Shown here one piece after another: positions 1-9,245 of a stretch of 64,000 nucleotides of DNA (positions are counted from its first letter, which is position 1; the number at the start of each line of letters is the position of its first letter). The position numbers and the translations under genes were made by a program. The DNA is from Vicugna vicugna (Eukaryota): the NCBI GenBank assembly GCA_013265495.1, contig MU058198.1:1438419-1502418 (forward strand). The letters are read 5' to 3'. A model generated the notes under the pieces. It was not told the origin of the DNA and ran no database searches. It worked only from the letters and a program-made list of their open reading frames with translations.

Positions 1-301
1 CTGAAATCTGATTAGGGGTCTCTCTTCATGGGAGGAGTGAGAGAGAAAGAATGGGGCAGTGAGACTTAAGTAAATTTCTTTCACTAGAGGCCTCTCAAGC
101 TCCTTACTGTTTGCAAACATAGTTCATCTCTAATCACAGTATTCAAATTAGAGCAAAATTTGCTTCAATATAGTCAAAGGTCCAGGTTCTAATTGTCGGT
201 GAATTTTACATAATGTAGCAATACTTCCTTTTTCTTCCTGCCAGATTTACAGAATCAATTCTCTGTTTTTGTGTAAAACAAAACCAAATATAAAAACAAA
301 T

Positions 302-321
302 CAACAACAACAACAACAACA
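302..321 (+). repeat. (CAA)n microsatellite
   Basis: caacaacaacaacaacaaca. Confidence 0.9.
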
Positions 322-667
322 AAACCCTGTCTGTTCTTTGGATTATGAGGTGTAGGAACTTTCTTTTAACTCTGGATGTTGAATTCTCTCTTTTCCTACC
401 AGTGTTTAGATGTTAACCAGTTAACAAGAGACTTATTTAGCAGACTCTGAGCTCGAGCTCCTGCAATATTTATTTTGTGACTCATCTAAGAAAATTCTTA
501 GGATGGCAGCATGCCTAGTGTTTGTAGCTGGAGTTTACTTTTCTTATATTCGGCTGGCTCAATGCTAGCCTTTCATCCCTATTTCACACACTAGCTCCTC
601 TTCATTCCAAGGATTCTCAAAACCACCAAACTTTTCTTCCTTCTTAAAAATTTAAAAATCCAACTGA

Positions 668-809
668 GGGGAGGGTATAGCTCAAGTGGTGGTCCTGGGT
701 TCAATTCCCACTACCTCCTCTAAAAATAAATAGAAAACCTAATTACCTACCCCCTGGCCAAAAAAATAATACAGTAATAAATAAAATAAAAAATAAAATT
801 TATTGAAAA
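668..809 (+). mobile_element. tRNA-Ala-derived SINE (camelid vic-1-like) with internal deletion
   Basis: GGGGAGGGTATAGCTCAAGTGGT A box, GGTTCAATTCC B box, AACCTAATTACC motif, A-rich tail; imperfect TSD aaaaatccaactgag (654-668) / aaaaattcgactgag (810-824). Confidence 0.8.
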
Positions 810-871
810 AAAAATTCGACTGAGCAGAAGGGTCACATTCATAATAATTTTAATTATTATTTGTTTTATAG

Positions 872-999
872 GATGATCCTACAAAAACAGCTTCAACTCT
901 ACGAGGCAATTTCTATATCACTGGAGACAGGGGCTATATGGATGAGGATGGCTATTTCTGGTTTGTTGCAAGATCAGATGACATCATATTATCCTCTGG
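872..999 (+). CDS. ACSM3: ACSM3 coding exon ([22 protein letters not shown]...DDIILSSG)
   Basis: tttatag|GAT acceptor, TCTGG|gtaatt donor; 128 nt. Confidence 0.92.
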
Positions 1000-3900
1000 G
1001 TAATTTTCTTCTTCATCTGTGGATATGCCTGTGTTGACTGATTGTAAGCATTCCAGAGTGAACCTTTTGCTCACCTTTATAAACTCCTGCCCTCTGTTTT
1101 ATTTCCCAGTTACCGAATTGGGCCGTTTGAGGTAGAAAGTGCCCTGAGTGAACATCCTGCAGTTGCAGAGTCAGCTGTTGTCAGCAGCCCAGACCCCATC
1201 AGAGGAGAGGTAAAAGAGTTGATTCACCTCTATTTCGTAATTTGTTGGCAGTCTAGCACATACTGTGAAACAGTAGTTCACTGAAAGAGAATTACCCAAA
1301 TGATTCATTCCATAACTATGCAAGTCAGATAGAGACCCATTACTAAATATGCACATCAGATAGAATATGCTAATCAGAAAGAACTGCTATAGAATAAGAC
1401 TGAAAAATATATACTATAAATAATTTGAATCCTTTCCTTGGAGTGATGGGGCAATAGTGTGGATGCCAACAACCCAGACTCCCATCAGGATAGGGTGCCA
1501 GACATCAGCTAGATAGGATCCGGTCTGGAAACCAACGTGGTCCCTGGTGTAGCTCAAGAGGATAGACCGGCATCAAATATCAGGAGTGGGAGCAAGGTCA
1601 GAGACAGGAACTAAGTAACCAAAAGCAGGCGGGGCCGGTCAGTAAGGAAGGGACTCAGGACAGGAGCTATGAATAAGACAGGAGTCCTGAAAGCTCACTC
1701 CTGCTGGGGCTGATCGCGTGGTAGTTTAGGTTTAAAAGTTCCATGCCATCCTTCAGGTCACATTTGCCAGGCAGGGCCTCCAGGTAGTGAGAGCAGGGAA
1801 CAGATTCAGTGATTATTAAAGTTTGTCCTGTTGCTCTGAATTCCACCAGGAGGGCTTCGTGAGCCTTAGCTCCTCCGGCACCTCTCCTCTACTATCAGTC
1901 ATCCTTAGTTTTATCCAGCTAGACAGGTGCTTACTTGGTAGCTAAGCCTTTGGGAACGGAGTTAGCTTGATAGTCACCTGACATCCCAGAGTATAACACA
2001 GCCAAGATCTATCAGTGGGTTATGGCCCCACCGTAGCTCTGGGGTCTTGGTGTAGGGCTTGGGTTAGTCAAGTGAAGGGGAAGGTTTGACCAGCTTCCCA
2101 ACATTACTAAGCTGCAGCGTTCCCCGGCAGATGTCCGGAATGAGGTTACCCATGCACAAAGTGGCCATGTGCTCCATGCCACAGGTAGCTCCTCTCTCTG
2201 GTAGCAGGACTGTCCTACTGGGTTGCGTATTTATCCAGGTGAGGTCCTGCCAGGCCTGTGACTGTGTAGCAAGTTCTGGAAGCATTGATCAGAAACAGAT
2301 AAAATGAAGATTTTAGGACAATATCCAAAATATTGATCATTTTTATCTACCTACCATAGTTTTGCAACTTACTGTGTGCGTTTTCACATGGTTGACTATT
2401 TTGTAATAGTTCAGCTTTAAAAATTCCTAATGCTATTAGCTAATCATAACTAATTTGATAGTTTTCATCAATATTTAACTTTTTGTCTGGAAAACTATCC
2501 AAAAGCAAGTATTTCCCTAATTTAACTCCTGCTTCGATAGCTTTTGTGCTGTACTCTCAGTTAATTTTTTCTTTTTTTTTAAGAAATTTCACAGGGTTAA
2601 TTTGCTTTTAAAAACTTAACTTCAGCCAATGACTTAATTTGTCTAGCCATATTTTCACAATTTTTAAAAATATGTTTTCTACAAGCCTTCTTTAAAAGAC
2701 AAAAAAAGACAAAACTTCCAGTAGTGATAAAGGAATGGATGACTTTTGTCATTGCTGTTACTTCTGAAAAGAACGTTTAGATTTAAATACTATTTTAACA
2801 TTGGAATGTGAAATAAAGAGCTGAGAAATATTTGTCTAGGTCACTGGGTTCCTAAATTTTTTGGATCACAAAAGTCTTTGGAATTTGAAGTCCATAGGAC
2901 ACTATTAGACGTAGGCAATGCTGGAAATGTTCTCTATTTGCACCATCCAATACAATAACCACATATGGCTACCAAGCACATGAGATGTAGCTACTGCCAC
3001 TGAGAAAATTTTATTTTAATTAATTTAAGTAGCTACTGGCTACCACATTGAATAATGTTACCAAGTCCGAGTGTTACTGAACATAATCCAGTTGCTCGCT
3101 GATCAAAAATCAATACTCGAGAGAGGCAATGTTGATGGAAAGGAAAGTTGCTTTTAATCAGAATGCTGGCAATCTGGGGAGATGGTGGACTCAGTGTCCC
3201 CAAAATACAATTTCTGAAGATTCTGCTCAGCCATGAAAGTTGTTAAAGGGAAAATCTCCATTGATCATTGCGATAAGGGGGTCAGAGTCCTTGCCACCTC
3301 CTCCATTCTCTCCTCCCCTCCCTGCATGCAGGCTTGTCAGTTCCTTGTGAATTTTCCTTAGATGCTATCTTGTTTGGGAGCTTACTGAAAGGGAAGCCAG
3401 GGAAGTGATCCGGTCTTTTTTTTTTTTTTTTTCAAATGCTTACATATTTGACTGACAGGCAATGTCTCTAAAGAAGACGAGGATGTTAGTACAATTAGCT
3501 CCATAGCAGGTTGTGATGATTAAATTGTCTAATTATTCTTCTTTGTTGGAAAAGTTGAGTTCTATTTGTTTTTTGTTTTTGTTTTTAAGAGATGTGGTCA
3601 TTTGTTAATTACTTATGCTCCATTTCTACTTCTTTGATCTGTGGGAAAAGACCAGCAGGTTAGGCAAGGTACTGTGTGGTCAAAAATTTTGAAAGATGTG
3701 CTTAAGCCAGAAATATGTAGGGCATGGGGGTGCCTGGTTTCAAGTTAGTTATAATATAGTTTTGCTACAGTGAGAAGAAAAGGGGTTTCCTGCTGGGATG
3801 GTTTCCTGCAAAGAGCTGCTTGCATGGTGGACGTTACAGTATCTGTAAAATAACTCGGAAATGTGCATCAGACAGTGAGTCTGTGACTCTGTTGTCAACT

Positions 3901-6872
3901 GCTTGAGCCTGCCCTTTTGTGACTCAGGGAGGCCTGGAGACTTCAGTTTTTGTATAAACAAGAGGCAGGGGTTGGGGATGCACAGGGTCTTTCTAGGTTT
4001 CACAAGCTCATACTGCTGTAGTAGGGAAGAACCAATCTGACTCCATATTGGGTCCATTTCTTTTACTTTAACCTTTGAATCCTGTTACTTTTGCTGTAAG
4101 TTAATCACTAAAGGGATGTTGCCTATCACTTACAGTACATTTAATGGCCCATCTCCAGGAACCCTGCCTCCCATGCTTGAGTCAGGAAACATCCTGACCT
4201 GTGAATGACTGCAGGAGAAGAAATTAATGCATCCCCTCCCTGAGTTTGGCTGGAACCAGGAAATATCTGCAACAGTTTATCACCTTTTTTACTTTACCTC
4301 CTCACTTCTCCCTCTTTGCTCTATAAAAGAAACTAGCATCCAAACCTGGGCAAGATAGTTTTTTGGGATGCTAGTCCTTCATCTTCTCGGTCTGCTAGCT
4401 TTCCGAATAAAGTTGCTATTCCTTGCCCAACAATTCATCTCTGGATTTATTGGTCTGTATTGCAGCGAGCAGATTCTGGAGGGGATGTGTTAATTTCTTC
4501 TTTCCTGCAGCCATTCACAGGTGGGCCTGGTCAGGATGTTTCCTGTGAGCTTAAACAAAGGTATTTTAGCTTGACACTCAGGCATGGGAGGCAGACTTCC
4601 TGGAGATGGGCTATTATGTATAAACTATAGGTGACATCCCTTTAGTGATTAACTTTTAGCAAAACAGAATACAAAGGTTAAATGGATCTGATCTGAAATC
4701 AGACATGTTTTCTCTATTACAATAGCACAACCATAGATTCTTCTCTAAACATGCTAAATTTTGGACAAAATGGATTTTAGGTTAAAAAAATCTTATACTT
4801 CTATATATAACACCTAGCATTTTTAATGACTTAGTATGTTCCAGGTGTTGTTACAAGCCCTACATGTATGTTAACTTATTTAATTCTCACAAACTCTTTT
4901 TACAGAGAAGGAAATTGGGACACAGAGAGGTGTCCTCACTTACCCAAGATTACAAGCAAAGTGTGACTCAAATCCAGGTTTCTGATTTCAGAGTTCATGC
5001 CCTTAACCATGTTAGGTTGTTCCTTATTATCATTTTCTGTAATTGTTTATAAAGCCTTTTATAAAGATAGACTTTATTCGAAGTATAAGGAATCATCAAT
5101 ATGCAAATCAGAAATTACAAACACTAGTTCTTAAAATAATTTGCCTCTGAACAATTAACTTATAGCAAGGATTTTTTTTAATTCATAAAAATACTGATAA
5201 GCAATAGAGCAGGCATAAATACAAATACATTTTATGAAACGTCAAAAATGGATAGGGTGAAATTGTATACATGCATACACATATACAACTGCTCCATGAC
5301 AGATGTAAATTAGAAATTTTCAGGGTGTTTTGGCAAAGACGGAAATAGGTAATTACTCATAAAATGCTGTAAAACTGCTCCCTGGTAAACAATTAATCAA
5401 AATGTGAAAACTTTGTAACTGCAAGTCTTCATTTCTCACTAACTGGTTGTCCTAAGTGACTCATTGTTTAAGACAATTCACTTTTGATCAACTATTTACT
5501 CCCAGATCAAGGTGGATAGGTAATGTTGCCAGTTTATCTTGAAGCTGGATACATAAATCTATGAATTCAGTAAGATTTAAGCCCCTTAAGTGCAGGATAT
5601 TTAGTCATAAAAGTTGCAGGTGACTCTTCAGGAACTATGACCACAAGGAAGCAGCATTCCATGGCAAACTTTGGGCTGGTAATCTGGATTTGGTGGTGCA
5701 TACTCATTGATTCACCCAGAGTCCTGCCTCTAGGGGAGACAGTAAATGCAGTGCCCCAGGAGAGAACATTTAGAATCCCATTACACCCTTAAAGGGGACT
5801 ACACAGGAGGAATGGCCTCTGTCTTCTCCATTAAAGGTCCAAAATCTTGGCATGATTTTCTAAAGCGTTTCAAGGTGAACTTTGGGGAACAGGATTTGTG
5901 AGCATTAAGTGATGAAGTCTTCCCTGCCTTCTACCAGTTAGAGAGGAAGGCCTACCAGCACGTCTACTCTTATTCCTCAGGGACAGGTGAGTCAGAGCAA
6001 TAGCAAAGTGGCTGTCGCAAACTTCACAGTCTTGCATCAACAGAAGTGTCCATGGAATGGAAAGTGGACAGTCTCAATGAACCGTTTACTTCAACATGGA
6101 TAAGGCAAACTCAGTGTAAATACGGTTTATAAGAGCCATACTCAAGGTGGTGAGCTATAAACTAGTCTAGATCAAGCGGGGTTGTTATATGAGAGATTGT
6201 GATTAGTAAATTACCAAGTTTCCAAAAGGAACTGTTTTGAAGGAAATAAAAGATGAGGGTAGAAGTCAAGAGCAGAGATGACCACAAACAGGTCAGAAAG
6301 TAGAGTTTAAGATGTATTTAGATGAGAAGGCTCAAGTGCAGATCATACACAAAGCAGGGGTTGCAGAACCTCTCTTGTATTAGATACAAAATAGGCAGTG
6401 TGGGGAGTCAACTGACTGGCTTAAGAGCACAGAGCTCGGATCTAAGCCTATTAAAGCTTCTGGCCCACCCCATCAGGTTCTCAGATTCCCAAATTAAAGA
6501 AAGTAAACAAGACACACTAAAACATAAAAATATACATCTTTCTGGTGTTTCAAATATTTATTTTAGGTAGTAAAGGCTTTTATTGTTCTGAACCCTGATT
6601 ACAAGTCACATGATCAAGAACAACTGAAAAAGGAGATTCAGGAGCATGTAAAAAAGACTACAGCACCTTACAAATATCCCAGGAAGGTAAGTATTATTGA
6701 ATAGTTTCTAACAGAACTGTTATATAATTGACTTTGTCTAAAGATAAAAACTTCTGGATTAATTTTCTTCCCTTGATATCAACAGGTAGAATTTATTCAA
6801 GAGCTGCCAAAGACTGTCAGTGGGAAGATAAAAAGAAAGGAACTGAAGAAGACAGAATGGGAAACAATTTAA
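872..6872 (+). CDS. ACSM3: Acyl-CoA synthetase medium-chain family member 3, 3' part (last 4 coding exons; 5' part upstream of window)
   Basis: join(872-999,1110-1209,6567-6686,6786-6872); all GT-AG and phases compatible. Encodes ...[70 protein letters not shown]...[26 protein letters not shown]...ETI*, with ANL adenylate-forming motifs TGD, RxDD and PKTxSGK. Position tail-to-tail with ERI2 identifies the ACSM3 paralog. Confidence 0.93.
1110..1209 (+). CDS. ACSM3: ACSM3 coding exon ([33 protein letters not shown])
   Basis: ttcccag|T acceptor, GAG|gtaaaa donor; 100 nt. Confidence 0.92.
2915..3055 (+). mobile_element. MER3-like hAT-Charlie MITE, interrupted by the LTR cluster; remaining end at about 4722-4735
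   Basis: ggaaatgttct...aaattttattttaattaatttaa...tggctaccacattg; resembles the second copy at 34440-34620. Confidence 0.6.
3072..4002 (-). mobile_element. ERV1-class solo LTR of a second family, nested in the outer LTR
   Basis: TGTTAC...TTTCA termini; 4-bp flanks cgag (3068-3071) / caag (4003-4006); minus-strand ATTAAA near its 3' end. Confidence 0.7.
4017..4472 (+). mobile_element. ERV1-class LTR, same family as the outer LTR, opposite orientation, 3' tip missing
   Basis: Starts TGTAGTAGGG; TATA (ctataaaa 4321-4328); AATAAA at 4406-4411. Confidence 0.75.
5470..6110 (+). mobile_element. Possible highly decayed CR1/L3 LINE fragments
   Basis: Weak recalled similarity only (agtgccccagga, GVPQG-like; ttgcatcaacagaagt). 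Confidence 0.3.
6567..6686 (+). CDS. ACSM3: ACSM3 penultimate exon ([40 protein letters not shown])
   Basis: ttttag|GTA acceptor, AAG|gtaagt donor; 120 nt. Confidence 0.92.
6786..6872 (+). CDS. ACSM3: ACSM3 last coding exon ([28 protein letters not shown])
   Basis: caacag|GTA acceptor; TAA at 6870-6872; PKTxSGK catalytic-lysine motif. Confidence 0.92.
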   Translation, partial: VEFIQELPKTVSGKIKRKELKKTEWETI

Positions 6873-7018
6873 ATTCATTCCTTTAATTATCATGGTTATC
6901 TGTAAAACAAGACTCTGTAAAACCACAACATTATAAAGAGGTGATAAAAAATGTGATACTATGCTTATAAACTGATTTAAAATAGCTTGTGGTTATAACA
7001 TCAGAGGCTGAATTTTGA

Positions 7019-7024
7019 AATAAA
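7019..7024 (+). terminator. Candidate ACSM3 polyadenylation signal AATAAA (others at 7463-7468 and 7516-7521)
   Basis: First AATAAA about 150 nt after the ACSM3 stop; usage cannot be determined from sequence. Confidence 0.45.
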
Positions 7025-7338
7025 TATTCAGTAAATCCCTCTGCATAAGCGTCAATATTCTTAATAATTTGGTAACATTAAAAAGAGTACCATCAATTGC
7101 TGAGGAATTTTTAAATTTACAGTATAGAAGCAGGTTTTGAACCAAATCTCTGATCTGTTGGATTTCAAATCTTAGTTGAATAATTCTTCTGATATGCTGA
7201 TATACAAATCAGAACCAATTTTCAAGCATTGAAATAAGGCTTACACAAGTCATCAAAGTTTTTAGAAAAATTCAAAATATCAGAAGATTGTCATAATTCT
7301 CAAAATACAAGTATTTACCTGAAAACAGGCTAGGGATT

Positions 7339-7344
7339 TTTATT
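7339..7344 (-). terminator. Candidate ERI2 polyadenylation signal (AATAAA on minus strand)
   Basis: tttatt on + strand, about 570 nt past the ERI2 stop. Confidence 0.45.
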
Positions 7345-7754
7345 AGTCACATTTTTCTTCAATTTAAAAATAATTTAAAATATGTTTCAAGGTCTAACTG
7401 TAACAGGAGGGAGGATATCATGTTGTACACCAGAAACTAAAATTTTTTATCAGTTATAATTCAATAAAGGAAATAAGGGTATCCAATACTAGCATTGTTA
7501 CTTAATATTTAATCTAATAAATCCAGTTTACCAAGTGTTTCGTTTGTGGTTCTTCATTTGTGGTTATCAAAAAGTATGATAAATTTGGCAAGTATTAACA
7601 TATGAAATATAAAATAGTTCAAGGCATTATCAGAATACTCATAATGTTTGGGAATTTAAGGTACAACCAGGATTCATACATAAACAGAAAACAAATGTTA
7701 GATAATTGGTGAATGAAATTAGAAGCCAGTGAAAATTTTTTTCTTCTATTTTCA

Positions 7755-7775
7755 GTGTGTGTGTGTGTGTGTGTG
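7755..7775 (+). repeat. (GT)n microsatellite in the ERI2 3'UTR
   Basis: About 10 GT units. Confidence 0.9.
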
Positions 7776-7913
7776 AAAATGTGCTGAATAGCCCCAGTAT
7801 AGCTTACAGAGCTCAGATACACTAAGTCCTCACAACTTGAAGCCCTATGCACATTTTTTTCTTTACTGCACTAAAAGTCACATTAAAGTAAAAACATTAG
7901 ATGTAAAAAAAAT

Positions 7914-9245
7914 TCAATTCCTCATTGAAGGTCTGAGTCTCAATGAATTTTTAGTAGAAAAATTTACATTTCTGTCACAAATATGGCTTGTTTCTGGAGA
8001 ACTAAAAGTGAGTCTCCCTGGGGAATAAGACAGAACTATGCTGTTGCCTCTTTCCTTTTGAAGTGTTTGTTCCCATTTGAAATAACCACAACATTTTCTG
8101 TTTTCTTGGTATTTCCCAATAGGACAACAATAGAAAACTTTTCCATGGTTCGGTCCGTTATTCGAAACAACAAGTCTCTTAGATCTTCGGCCACACTTGC
8201 ATAAAGGAGGTGTTATTTTCCCAGTCTTCCAAGGCTCCTGTAGGTTAACTCTAGAAGTTAAAACAGAGGGGAGAACCTTCCAGGAAGAACTGCTCATTGG
8301 AGAGCCATCAGATGATGCAGACTTTTCCTCATGAATAGTGAAGTTCTGTTTCTTTGCTGGTGGAAAAGGTAGGGGACTGGATGGATTCCTTTTAGTACCA
8401 TCTAAAAGAAGATGTTTCCTCAGAACTAAAGGATGAGACATATTGGCATTAATACCATTGAAGCTACCTGCTTTATATTCAGGTAATTTAAAGTCAAAAA
8501 CATCGGAACCTGGATCTTTGGCTTCTTTTATATTATAAATAGTAGTATGTGGACTCTTATACACAATAGACTTAGAGGTCTCAGATTTTTGAAGAGTTTC
8601 TTCTGTGCCTCCAAAGTTTTCATGATTTAACATTTCAGATTCTCCTAACCCCATTAACCTTTCTCCAGAATTAAATGAAATGTCTAAGTTTGAATCACTA
8701 ATGGGAGGTATACAGCATAAATTCTGCTCAGGCTGAGATGCTGGCAGTAAAGCTACATCCTCCCAATCAGTCAGCATAGGTAAACAATCAAGAGCAGAAC
8801 TCATTTCCGTATCACAAACATTATTAACAGATGAGATGGTCGTTGAAACAAGTACCAATTCTGAACCAACTGCTGAAGACTTAGAGTTGGTATTAAATGC
8901 AACATGTTGGTTTATTTGCTTCTGCATAGGTGTATTCAAGCTGGAAGACTGCAACTGCCCCAGAGAAGTCCAGGATTTAGTATTAAAAACAGATAAACAG
9001 CTTTTGCCATTGTGAAGACCTGCTTTTACATTGTCCTTTAGTTGTAACTGATCTTGCTGTACCTTTATAGGAGAATTCACACCAGCTGGCCTCATTTGAA
9101 GTTTCTGGTGAGATTTTATTGTATTTTCAGGCTCCCTATCATATATGCTGGGATCATGAACACTACTCATGCAGGCTGATGTTTCTTCAACTCGATCCGT
9201 ATTCAAACTTCTGGCCAAAATGCTGGGATTCCTCTTAGTGGGAAC
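7914..9245 (-). CDS. ERI2: ERI2 last coding exon (long Ser-rich linker plus GRF zinc finger)
   Basis: cacag|GTT acceptor; 1332 nt to TGA; matches ORF-track 7914..9287 from VPTKRN onward. Confidence 0.95.
   Translation of the reverse strand, partial: VPTKRNPSILARSLNTDRVEETSACMSSVHDPSIYDREPENTIKSHQKLQMRPAGVNSPIKVQQDQLQLKDNVKAGLHNGKSCLSVFNTKSWTSLGQLQSSSLNTPMQKQINQHVAFNTNSKSSAVGSELVLVSTTISSVNNVCDTEMSSALDCLPMLTDWEDVALLPASQPEQNLCCIPPISDSNLDISFNSGERLMGLGESEMLNHENFGGTEETLQKSETSKSIVYKSPHTTIYNIKEAKDPGSDVFDFKLPEYKAGSFNGINANMSHPLVLRKHLLLDGTKRNPSSPLPFPPAKKQNFTIHEEKSASSDGSPMSSSSWKVLPSVLTSRVNLQEPWKTGKITPPLCKCGRRSKRLVVSNNGPNHGKVFYCCPIGKYQENRKCCGYFKWEQTLQKERGNSIVLSYSPGRLTFSSPETSHICDRNVNFSTKNSLRLRPSMRN

Larger units (their letters stand above)
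3056..4721 (-). mobile_element. ERV1-class solo LTR (outer), disrupted: 3' stub at 3056-3071 plus 4003-4016, 5' part at about 4474-4721
   Basis: TG...CA termini with 4-bp flanks ataa (3052-3055) / atag (4722-4725); 5' part is the reverse-complement homologue of 4017-4240. Confidence 0.7.

Noticed and set aside
1843..1856. CCACCAGGAGGGCT as a CTCF site
   Set aside because: Mismatches at informative core positions; too weak to call without data.
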